NCBI RefSeq assembly: GCF_018350175.1
Contig: NC_058369.1
Location: 20,648,001-20,712,000 of the forward strand
Direction of reading: 5' to 3'
Origin: Felis catus
Lineage: Eukaryota
DNA: 64,000 bases
The notes beneath the pieces are model-generated. The model was not told the origin of the DNA. It ran no database searches and worked only from the letters and a program-made list of their open reading frames with translations. Shown piece by piece: positions 1-10,420 of the stretch. The position numbers and the translations under genes were made by a program. Position 1 is the stretch's first letter, and every line of letters begins with the position of its first letter.

Positions 1-2899
1 GCTTCTGGGATTAGCCCAGCCGCCAGCCCTCCCAGCCCTCCCTACCCGACCCCTTTTCATGCCCCGACTTAATCCTGAACCTTAATCCTGCTTGGAAATC
101 CCTCTCCTCCAGCCGGCTGTCTCCTACCAAGGCTCAGCCTTGGTGGGGAGCTAACTGGGGGACCAGAACCCAAGGCAGAAAATGGAGTGGGACCAATTGG
201 TGCCAAAGCTGAGCCAAGACCAAGCCCTAACTCTGCAAATTCCTTCTGCCCAGGAGGGTGTGGGAGCCAAGGATGAGTGTGCCTGCCTAGAGCACTCTAG
301 AGACCTCTGGGCACCTTCTTCCTCAGCCCCCTGCCCTATTCTGACATGAGGGTCAAGGGCGTGGAGCATTGTCCAATCCCCTCGTTGGAACCCCCGTGCT
401 AGCCAGAGCTTGGGCGTGGAGTAGGAAAGGGGTGCCCCCAGCCTGGCTTTCTCAGGAAGCCCAAGCAAGCCACTCTACGGCATGAGGCCTGTTCCTTCCC
501 TGTACCATTGGGTGACAATGCTGTCCCCCCAAGCACTCAGTAACTTGTCTCCCCAGCACAGGCTCCTCCCTCCCCTTGAGTCCTGTCCATAGGCTCTCCA
601 GAGGTCAGAAGTCAACAGTGGATACAGGGACTCTGTTCTGTGAGCATCCTGGCCAGCCTCATGCTGGCTGCCCTTGCTAATGTTCCCCCAGCTGCATGCA
701 CTTCCTCCAGCAAAGCACTTGTAATGACGTGCTTAGTTTGTGCCTCCCTGGACAGCCAAACTTGGGAGCCCCTTAGAGCAGGGGCCAAGGCTGCCACCTT
801 CTCCTTGTGTCCCCAGAGCTCAGACCGGAGCCAAGCTGGAGAAGGTGTTCAGAACATAATGGTGAGCTGAACAGATGAATTCACCAGACAGAAGGCAACC
901 TGATGCCAACAGAGGGTCTATAACCTGCCCAAGGTCACAGAGAGGTGGGGGAAAGCACAGTCCTGCCTGCTAGTGTGGGGCTCTGTCACAGGCCCCGTCC
1001 GCCTCTCCTTTCTGGCTGTCCCGTCTGGATTTGTCAGTCCTCTTCCCGGAGCAGGGCTCTTGAAAGGTGAGGAGCAGACTTAGTAGTCTGTGAGACCCCT
1101 GCCTGGCTAGTACATGTGGGCCATGTCTGGAAAGGACTGACAACTTGTCCAAAGCTACGGTCTTAGGCTCCAGAATTTTCAGACACTCAGGGACTCCTTT
1201 GGAGTGGCAATCAGTGGGAGACTTTACACTGTCCCCATACCATTGCCACATTACCTCTTGGGGTCATAAGGCTTGAGGAAAAAAGGGCAAAGGGCCTAGA
1301 ATGTGGCCAGAACTAGAGTTCCTGCCCTGCAAACGGTACCTGGGTCTGTAGTAGAGCCCACTGCCTCAAGTTCCATGGGTGACCTTGGCCAGGCCTTCAC
1401 CTGACATGGACCTCAGTTTACCCACCTGTGCTATGTGTGTATGTATGGGGCTGGGGGTTGCTGGTGCTGGTATCTCTGTGTCCTTCCTGTTCTGAGACAC
1501 CCTCAAGATCTTTCCTGTTTTTAGGAGAGAACAAGAGTTCCTGACACAGGTTTCCCCAATTAGTCTCCTAGGGGCCCTAAGAGCAAACAGTCCTATTAGG
1601 CGTGCTGGCTCCCCTTCTGCCCTCACCAGGGTTCTAGGGAGTTATTTGCTGGTGGGCCCTGGGTCCCTGCTGGGCCACCCACATGGCAGCCACACGTCAT
1701 GCCATACTGACCTCCAGCTCACCTCTGGGGGTGCCCAGCCCCCTCTGGTCAGCAGGGCTCCTTGGCAGAACATACCAAACTCAGACCAGGCCTCTGACCT
1801 CGGGTGTTCCCTTCTGCTCCCCAGGCCCCCTCCCCAGATCGAGTGCCCACTCCTTCTGTCCCTGGCTTCCTGCCACCCAGGCTGGAGGGGGCGGGGGGGG
1901 GGGGTGACAGCTGTGTAAGCGATGGCGGCTGCCCCTTCCTGCCCCTCCCCCCCAGCTGTCTCTCTCTCTCATGACAGCTGCCCAATCAAAGGGCCGGGGG
2001 CTTAGCCAGCTCCCCCCCACATGCAGGGATCAAGTGTCCACCCTGGCTTTGTTCTGGAGCAAGAACAATCCGGGGGAGGGGAGGGCTCCTGGGGCCAGGC
2101 AACTCAAGTGGACGGGACCGCCCCTTGGGGGATTCCCTTGGCTCTGCTAGCCAGTGTCTGGACCAACCAACCAGGGCCTACAGACCCACCTGGGCTAGAG
2201 AGAAAGTGTGTGTGGGGGGGGGGGGGGCAGTCTCCAAGTTCATCCCCCACCTCACATCCCCTGACATCCCCCTCAGCACCACCAGGCTCCAACCTAGCAG
2301 CCTCCTACTCCTAATCCAAAAGCAGCCATGCTGGCCACACCCAGTGATGCTGGGGAATGGCTCGGGACATCAGGCGAAGCAGGGCGTGGCTGGAGGTGGA
2401 CACTAGGCTTGGGGAGATCAGCACTGAGGGAGGGATCCTAACTCCCTTGCCTATCCCCTTCACTGGGTATGCTCCCCCTTCTTGATTACCCAGGCCTCCA
2501 CAAGAAATGTTCCAGTATCCTCCGACCCATGTGCCCAGCCTCTCAGCCTTACAGCTTCCCAGGATGACCATTCATAGCACTTCTTGGGAGAGTCAGGGGA
2601 GGAGAGGCCTGCAGGGGAGCAGCCTGGGGGGTCCATGAGCTCCACCCTCTGGTTTCCTGACCCAAAGCTATCCTGTAGAATCTGTGCTAGGCAGCGAAGG
2701 GGAGCTCTGACAAGTTGTCTGGTGTCAGAAATGCTATAGCCTCCTTAGGGCATCATTAGGCAACTCCTCAAGAGTCCTCACAGCCGAGGGAAACTGAGGC
2801 AGGCCCAGACTGGGCTCCAGGAGGAAGGACACAGCTTCATGGTACAGCCCCACCCCCGATACCCTTTGCCTCACCCAAATTGAGAAAGGTCTCTAGCTT

Positions 2900-3250
2900 T
2901 TATTTTCCATGCTGGAGACTCGATCATTCTGCTGCTCAACAGCCATCGATGGCTCCCCAGTGCCCAAGGAATAAAGCCTGGTCACCATAGACAAGCACTC
3001 AAGGCCCTTTGTGATCTGGTCCCTGCCAGCTTCTCTTCTCTCATCTCTACCCCTTCTCCCCTACACACCAGGCTGCAAAACACGCCTAGCACCTCCAGGC
3101 CTCTGGGCCTTTGCCCAGGCTGAACCCAGCTTGAAATGCCCATCCTCCTCACTCTCTGTCAAAATCCTTCTCAAATGCCACCTCCTCTGTGAAGCCTTCC
3201 CCAACCTTCCAAGTCAGATATAATCACTCAGGCCTCTGTGCCCCCTAAAG
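2900..3250 (+). mobile_element. Degenerate LINE-2 fragment
   Basis: L2-like phrases 'atggctccccagtgccc', 'aaggccctttgtgatctgg', 'gcctttgcccaggctg', 'aaatgccacctcctctgtgaagccttcccc'; recognised from memory of the consensus. Confidence 0.6.
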
Positions 3251-5065
3251 ATATGCCTCAACTCAAAGGAGCCCCAACTGGGCATTTTCAAGCCTATCTT
3301 TCTACTACCCAGGAAAGTAAGAGTTCCTCCAGGAGATCAGGAGCCAGGACGTGTGCAGGGAGAAGGGCCTGGCGACATTAGGGACCAGAGATGGGGCTGA
3401 GGGTCCCAGAGAAGCAGTAAGGATGGGGTGAGAAGATCAGGGCATGGGGGGACCAGCCACATAGGAGGCCCAGGATCTGGCTGGACAGAATCCTCTCTCC
3501 ATTCCTCAGCAGAGCCCCTGCTCCTGCTGTTTCTTTGGATCTAGGTGCTTCCAGGGCATGTCACTGGGGTGGGGAATTTGTGCTGTGCTTTGAGACTTCC
3601 AGGGGCCCAGAATGGGTTCCCCATGTGGAAGGGAGGCTGGAAGAAGAGCTGGGGAGTGGCGCAGGTTTCACAAAATCAGAACCTGAGGCCCAAAGAGGAA
3701 CGCATTTGTTTACAAGGCTACATGAAAGGCAACTGGCAGAGCTGGGAGAACCAGGGGTCCACCTGTGCAGCTCAGAGCTCTTTCCTCAAGAGGTCAATGC
3801 CACTGGGCAATGGTGATGGAGGCTAGAGGGGGGGTAGGTGGCAGGGATGGGAGTAGGGAGGGTGGACAGAGCCTGTCTGGGGACACAGGGCGGGGCAAAG
3901 CCAGCCTCCCTGTGGCCTGGGCCTGCCAGGGTGTGTGGGCCGCCTGCTCCCAGCCCCCCACCCTGAGCATGCAGGAAGAACAATCCCCTTGTGTTTGGGC
4001 AGTCTGAGCCTGCATGCTGATGAAGGCTGGGGGGTGGGGGCTGGGATGGGGGTGCTTTGGAGATTGAGGGGGTTCCAGGGCCCAGAGCGACTAGGGGACC
4101 TTCAGATGGGAAAAGGATAGGATCCCAGGTGCTGGCCCTGAAGCAGTGAGGGTAACCTCAGGAAAGAGTGAAGACTGGAGCTAAGGTTTAAGCTCCTGGA
4201 GAGTCCCTGGGGTCTAAGAGCTCTTTGTAGGAGAAGGAGGGCCCCTAGGGATACATGCCCTGTTGGTCCAGCATAAAGGTAAACATTGTGGGCTTGGTGG
4301 GGTCCAAGAGCCCACATTCTGGAGGGAGGGCATGCAACTGGCTGTGGGTGCATCCCCTTGAAGACCACTCCCCATGGTGCTGGAGCCGGGCGGAGCACTG
4401 GGTGCCACAGGTCTCAAGATGGCGGGCCTGGGACAGGGGAGTGAGGAGGTGGGCACCTCCCTCTCCTGGCCAGGCAGGCATGAGAGCCAGGCTGAAGTGA
4501 GTAGCCAGAGACACCCCCTGTCCTCCAGGACTCCAGCTAGAAGCTAGGTCAGAGCTGAGGGGCTGAAGAGCCACAGGGCATGAAGGACCACTCTGAGCCC
4601 CCAACTGTCATCTCCACACACCCCTGGATGGAGATCTGTCTGCCGCCCCCCTCCCCCCCCCCCCCCCCCCCCCACCAAATCAAGGACTGCGGAGAATGGG
4701 AAGGGGTGTGTGTCCAGCCAGGAACTGCAGGGGAATGGCAGATGGGGATAGAGATGGAGCAGAACCAGAACCCAAGGCAGGAGATCGAGAGAAGAGCAGG
4801 TCCAAAGAACAGAAACAGCAGGTGGGATGTGGGCCTCGAATCTGGGGTCTCAGGTCCAGGAAGGCCCTCCCTTGGTGCTGGGGGCTCCTCTGGCAGAGCA
4901 GCGCCCCCCACCTGTGCAGGCCTGGGCCCGAGTGGGACAGGGAAGCATGTCTCCCAGTCTCCCAAATCTGGACCCCGGCCTGTAGACTCCAGCGCGGGCT
5001 CCCCACCCCCCGGCCGAACCCCCAAACTTCGCGGCCCGCGGTGCCCCGCCCGGCCCGCGCCCTAC

Positions 5066-5162
5066 CTCGCTGGGGCTGTCCTGCGGCGGCGGCGGCGGCG
5101 GCGGCGCGGCGGCTGGGCCGCTCAGTCCCACATTGTCCCCGGGAGAGGCGGCCGCTCACAAC
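5066..5162 (-). other. PCBP4: Probable non-coding exon 1 (5' UTR) of PCBP4; intron 1 extends leftwards, coding exons lie outside the window
   Basis: Lies in a CpG island. Minus-strand donor GAG|GTAGGG (GT at 5065-5064) and Inr-like CGCAGTT near 5162. Gene identity comes from the recalled order PCBP4-ABHD14B-ABHD14A-ACY1-RPL29, not from coding sequence. TSS approximate. Confidence 0.65.
5083..5106 (+). repeat. (GCG)8 trinucleotide repeat in the putative PCBP4 5' UTR
   Basis: Eight perfect GCG units followed by an interrupted cggcggc. Confidence 0.9.
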
Positions 5163-6283
5163 TGCGAGTGACATCAGCTGCGAACAATGAGGGGTTTGAC
5201 AGGCGCGGAGCCCGGCCGGCCCGGAGCCCGGCTCCGCGCCCCCCCCCCCACCCCCCGGCCCGCCCGGCCCGGCCCCTCCCCGCCCCCTCCCCGGATCCGA
5301 TTACAGCGCGGCGGGCCCGCCCCAGCCGCCCCAGTGCCGCAGCCGCCCGCCCCGCCCCGCGCGCCGCGGTGCGCCCCGAGCGGTGGCCGCTTCCGGGAGG
5401 GCTGGTGCGACCCTCCCCCGGGAGGTCGTCCGCGCGCCGAGAGCGGGGGACCTGGCTGGGTAGGGGTGGAGGGGGTGCCCGGCCGCGAGCGACCGCCCAG
5501 TGGTCCCGCGGTGCCTGGCCCCGAGCCCCTGCGCTCTCTGTCCGCCAGGGCCGCCCGCCCGGCGCCTGCGCCGAGCCCACCGCTCCCAAATCTCGGCCGC
5601 GGGCCGGCCGCCAGGCCCCACGCTGCCTCGGGCTCGGATCCCTCCCGAGCCCGGATTTCGACCCTCCGCCCGACCCGGTTCCCAGCTCTGCTCGCTTCTG
5701 CGCCTTCCATCCCCGCAACCCCGAGCGGGGCTCTCGCCCACCAAGACCCGCGCCCCTCAACCACCCAGAGCTTCCGCGAGGCCCGGCCCTTGTCCACCCG
5801 GGACAAGTTACCGGACCAGCTGGAGGAGGGGCCTGAGAGCGGTGTGATCCCGTGCAGCCCGCCCCGCCATTCTCCCAAAGCTACCCCCAGAATTCCTTCT
5901 GGGGACTAGGGTCGCAAGGGCCGCGACGCAGTAGAGTACTCTGCTAGGGAATGGGAGGAGTTGGACGGTCCCCCAAGCCCTCTCCTTCCCCCACCGCACC
6001 CCCTGGGGAGCAGATCTACCTCCCCCTCTCCTTCGTAATCGGCTCAGCCTGGTCCCACTGACCTCCACCTCCCCCCACAGCTGAGTCTCTTGGCACCTGG
6101 GTGTGTGTGGGTGGGGAGGGGAATCCAATCTCCCTTCCCCTCCATCTGGCCGGGTGGACAAAGGGCAGGGGGACCATCTGGTCCCGCCAGGGTGGGGGAG
6201 GGGCCCACAGTGGCTGTCCCCAGGGACGGGGGAGGGGCGGCGCTCTGGAGACAGCGAAAGCCTGCGGGGTCTAATTGCATCAC

Positions 6284-6289
6284 TTTATT
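6284..6289 (-). terminator. Distal polyadenylation signal of ABHD14B
   Basis: AATAAA on the - strand, about 890 nt after the stop and just before the PCBP4 CpG island. Confidence 0.6.
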
Positions 6290-6992
6290 TCACCGACCTC
6301 CACTCTCCACTCTCCGTCTCCCCAACCCCCAAACCTCAGAGCAGGAAGCAAGCTTGGCTGAGCAGATGCAGGCCTAATAACCTGGGGAGGTGTGGAGCAC
6401 CCAGAAAGAGAGGAGGGGAGGGCAGGGAGATCTGAGGGTCGAAAAGATGTCACCTTTTGGGGGGCAGTTCTGGTCGGGGGGCCTGCTGCAACCTGTGGGT
6501 GAATGAAGTTCAGGGCTGGCTACCTCTAAGCTTGGCAGAGGGCCTCCTGCTAGGGCTGGCCTATTGGGTCCCCACCTTCCTGGACAGTGGGTGCTGCATG
6601 GTTGGGAGGGGGCATGTGTGGAGGCACAAGAATGCATGTGTGTGAGTGCATGCAGGGCAAAGCTGCAGGTGACAATGTGCATGTCAGCCCAGAGTTGCCT
6701 GTACCTATGCAGTTGCTCCCAGGTGAAGGGTCATATTTGGGAATATAGATGGCTCTAAATGTGTAAGCATGCATGTGGTCATGGATGTATCTGGATGTAT
6801 GTGTGGTCTAAGGCAGGGGTAGGGGATGTGAATGCCCCATAGGACAGCCAAAGAGAGAAGCTGGAGGCAGATGGAGGCAGCTGAACAGGGCAGAAAAAGG
6901 GGTGCAAGCAAACAGGAAAGCCTATAGGAGAAGCCCATCTAATGGATTACCCTCCACCAGATTATGTCTCTTGATTCCTGGGGCTTTTCTTC

Positions 6993-6998
6993 TTTATT
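6993..6998 (-). terminator. Proximal polyadenylation signal of ABHD14B
   Basis: AATAAA on the - strand, about 180 nt after the stop. Confidence 0.6.
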
Positions 6999-7177
6999 TC
7001 ACCTCCAAAGTCTGTCACTGCAAGAGAAAGAGGAAGAGGAAAAGATAGACCCCAAAGACAAGAAACCAGATAGAGACACACCTGTTGCATGTACATGATG
7101 CACAGGGACCCATGGCAGGAGGAAGGAGACAGAGCCCAAGGCAGACCAGCAGCCACCCCCATCAGCAGGGCTGGGTT

Positions 7178-7357
7178 TCATGCTAGCCCCTGCAGGAAAT
7201 CCAGCAGCCCTGTGTGCCACTCCCCAGGTTTGTCAAGGTAACAGGGGTGCCCTGCCCCCTCCATGACCAACACACGGTGGTTGGGCAGATGCTTCAGGTG
7301 CTCAAAGCTGGTCAGACCCATGGGGTCCTGGTCTCCATATACAATAAGTGTTGAGGT
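7178..7357 (-). CDS. ABHD14B: ABHD14B last coding exon
   Basis: tctag|ACCTCA...GCA TGA; 180 nt. Confidence 0.95.
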   Translation of the reverse strand, partial: TSTLIVYGDQDPMGLTSFEHLKHLPNHRVLVMEGAGHPCYLDKPGEWHTGLLDFLQGLA

Positions 7358-9390
7358 CTAGAGAAAGGAAAGGGAGACAGAGTAAACAGGGACCTGACAC
7401 ACCAGCCCCAGCCTCCTAGAAGTCAGCTCTAGCCCCACAATCACTTCAGTCTCTCCCTCAGGTCACCCCAAATAAGGGGGAGAGACAAGCTGGCCCAGTG
7501 GGTGGTAGAAGCCCCAGCTCCAGGCGGATAGAGGCATGGATGTTGTCTGCCCCAGCATACAGATTAACACAGGCCAAGGCACAGTAATCTGCTAAGTAAA
7601 CCAAAAGGGTGGAGTTTGGTCATTTAGCTCCTCCCAGAAGACACCCCTTGGTTACCCTGCCCCCAGGTGAGGAAAGGCCCCAGGATGGACCCTTCCTTGC
7701 TCGTGGCAGGGGCATCTCAGCCTCCCACACAGGGGTACCTTCACACTGGCATAGTCGGCAGCATTGATTTTGTCAGTGCAGATAGGGGCCACTGGCACGT
7801 AGCCCCGGAGCTGGGAGCCAGGGGCCGTCAGGAAGGGCAGGGAGTACATGCCACTCAACGACGGGCTGATCACAACTGGGGGACCCAGGTCCAAGGCATC
7901 TACCACAGCTGCCAGGAAGCTGCTGGGGACCAGCTCTCCAATAGGGGCAGGGGCTGCTGCTTCCTTGGAGCGCCCCAGACCTGCAGGGATTCAGGTGTGA
8001 GAAAGACAAAGGCATGAATCCGGAAGTGGAAGAGACAGTCCCTTCCTCCAGGAAGTCCTCCTAGGTGGATCTTTCTGTGCCAGGTTCCTGCAGCACACAG
8101 CGTACCCAAGCTTATTCCTACAGCAGCCTAGATCTACCATTATCTGTGGCAAGCATGAGGCATTTCCCTCGATGTCTGTGCCCATCTCTCCCGGCAGTAG
8201 AGTGGTCCTGGAAAGGATCAGGCTCTGAAGTCCCACCCAGCTGGGTCCAAGTCTCCGTCTTCCACTTACTATCTATGTGACCTTGGGAAAGCCTCCTCAA
8301 CCCTCTCTCGGCTGCTCAGTTTCCCCGTGTGTTAAAGGAGATAACAAAAGTATCTGTCGTTTCAGATTGTTGTGAAAATTAAGTGAGTTAACTGGTTAAG
8401 AGACACCCATCCCAGGGCTGGCAGAACGGACAGTGACTGAGGAGCTGGCTCTGCACATGGACCTCCCCTCCAATTAGTCGTACCTTTCCCACAAAGATTA
8501 GCTCAAGACCTTCACCTGGAAGATCAGCCCAACCCACTGTCTGAACCAATTCCATCTGGGCCTAGAGGCCCACACCTGGGCACTGAAAACATGGCAGCCA
8601 TGCCTGTGAGGGGAACAGGTCAGCTATGCTGCCCCTTCACATGGCACCATGTCTAGGTTATGACTGCCAGTCTGGGGCTGTCCCTGCCTACTCCAGAACC
8701 CAGTTTAGGGCTTTGTACATGGCTTAGCCACCCTCCAGGGTCTGCCCCACCCCCAAATGTGTCAGAAGATTCAGTCTTACTAGGCAGGACTTCCAACAGA
8801 CCCTATGGTTATGGCTCCATCAAAAGATTTTACTTCCAATTGGCTGAGCACCGATTACTGGGTTGTCAGGTACTGGCCACTATTCACATAATCTCAGTCC
8901 ATTCTCACTAGAGCCAACCCTCAAAATGAATGTATCTCCCATTACAGATGAGGAAACAGAGGCTCAGAGATACTGAGACACTGCCCCAGGACAACACAGT
9001 TAGAAGGATCTGGACAGTGTCCAGATCACATCCGGATGGAGACTAGAGACAGTGGAAGGCCCCACAGTGTGCACCATGCCCTGTGGAGCTTGAGGCCCAG
9101 CCTGGCCAGGTCCTCCCAAGTCCCCCAGCCCCCAGTGAGGCCCCCACAACCCCTGTCCAGGAGCCCGCCCCAGAAATACCTGGCAGGTCGATGGCCACAG
9201 CCCGGTAGCCAGCCTGAGCCAGACTGTGCAGCGTGCCCAGGTTCTGCCAGGTCTCAGAGGAGAAGCGGATACCATGCAACAGCAGAACTGAGAAGCAGGC
9301 AGCCTGTCCACCGCCTGGCCGAGCCTCTCGGAAGAAGAGGCTCTGGCCCTGCACCTGGATGGTGCCCTCGTGCTGCTCCACACCCGCCAT
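7178..9390 (-). CDS. ABHD14B: Alpha/beta-hydrolase domain protein 14B, 210 aa; join(complement 9180..9390, 7739..7980, 7178..7357)
   Basis: Translation [22 protein letters not shown]...[13 protein letters not shown]...[16 protein letters not shown]...[14 protein letters not shown]...[18 protein letters not shown]...[11 protein letters not shown]...LQGLA*. Exons 211+242+180=633 nt, GT-AG introns, SxSxS nucleophile motif and Asp/His triad motifs present. Confidence 0.97.
7739..7980 (-). CDS. ABHD14B: ABHD14B second coding exon
   Basis: ctgcag|GTCTGGGG...AAG|gtaccc; 242 nt; encodes SPSLSG. Confidence 0.95.
8215..8400 (+). mobile_element. MIR SINE
   Basis: 'tgtgaccttgggaaag...ctcagtttcccc...gttgtgaaaattaagtgagttaa' MIR core. 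Confidence 0.65.
9180..9390 (-). CDS. ABHD14B: ABHD14B first coding exon (exon starts at 9415, giving 25 nt of UTR)
   Basis: ATG at 9390; acceptor catag|GTGCT; donor CAG|gtattt. Confidence 0.95.
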
Positions 9391-9574
9391 ACTGGCTGCT
9401 GCACTGGTGAAGCACCTATGGTTCAAGGCCAGACTGATGAGCCACAAAACACCCTGCCCAGGCTACCACAGAGAGAGAAGGGGTCCCTCAAGAAGCAGCA
9501 AGAAGGCCTCCAGGAAGCTACCAGAACTCTAGGAACATGCTTTGGGGGGGAGGAAGACATAGTGTTTTTATGCC

Positions 9575-9905
9575 TCTCCCACTCAATTGTGTGGTCCTGG
9601 GCCTCAATTTCCTCTTCTGAAATAAGGAACAATAAAGCCTACCTCAAGAATTAATGAGTTAAGAAAAAAAAAAAAAAAAAAAAAAAAAAGAATTGACAGA
9701 TGAGGGTGCCTGCCCTTAGAATGCAATACATGGGGCTCCCATTACGATTATTGTCCTCACTGTTATTATACTTTTCTACAAATAGGGATAATACAATTGT
9801 GTTCGGCTCATAGGTAGTTGATGAGATTAAATGAGCTCAGGCATGTAAAACGCTGGACATCGTTCCTAACACATAGGGAGCATAGTAAGTGCTCAATCAA
9901 CAGTA
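9575..9905 (+). mobile_element. Two adjacent MIR fragments, the first interrupted by a poly(A) run (9664-9689)
   Basis: 'gcctcaatttcctc...cctacctca' and 'attaaatgagctcaggcatgtaaaacgct...tagtaagtgctcaat'. Confidence 0.6.
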
Positions 9906-10342
9906 AGGTGCTGTTTTGCTTATCGACCCCTTCCTCTTCAAGGCACTGTTACAGGCTGTAGGTTGGCACCACAGGCCAGAGGGGGTCGGGGATGGAGTTA
10001 AAAACCCATTTTCCGGAGGCGGAAGCTGGAGCAGAGCCGGGAAAGGCATTGGAGTTCCGGCCTGCAAGGGATGCGGAGTGCCCAGCGCGCTTCCCGCTGG
10101 GGGCCAACCCTCTGACGCCGTGGTCAGGGGGCACGGTCAACGGCGCTGCAGCGGCTCTCTCTGTCCCCTCCGCGGACCTCGGTTCTGGCTCGCAGGGCCC
10201 GGTAAGGCGCACGCGGAAGGGTGGGGGCAGACCCGAGGAGGGAACCTGGGGAGCCGAGAAGGGGAAGGGGAAGAACTTGGGGTAGTAGGGGTGGGCCCTC
10301 ACTGGATAGCGGAAGAGAGGGTCGGGGGTGCAGGGCCGGTAC

Positions 10343-10420
10343 CTGAGGAGCTGCGTAGGCTCGCGCAGACAAGAAGCAGGCGAGTGCTGGCTGCGACTGA
10401 GGCCCGGGGCAAGGAAACCG
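10343..10420 (-). other. ABHD14B: Probable non-coding exon 1 of ABHD14B
   Basis: Donor CAG|GTACCG (GT at 10342-10341) inside the CpG island; GC box at about 10438-10445 upstream; 5' end approximate. Confidence 0.55.

Larger units (their letters stand above)
4975..5860. promoter_or_regulatory. CpG island / promoter (PCBP4)
   Basis: Very high GC and CpG density with multiple GC boxes; boundaries approximate. Confidence 0.85.

Noticed and set aside
4580..5909. Long overlapping ORFs (418, 240, 234, 212 aa) on both strands
   Set aside because: They coincide with the CpG island, where stop codons are rare; the products are Pro/Arg/Gly/Ala low-complexity with no recognisable domain.
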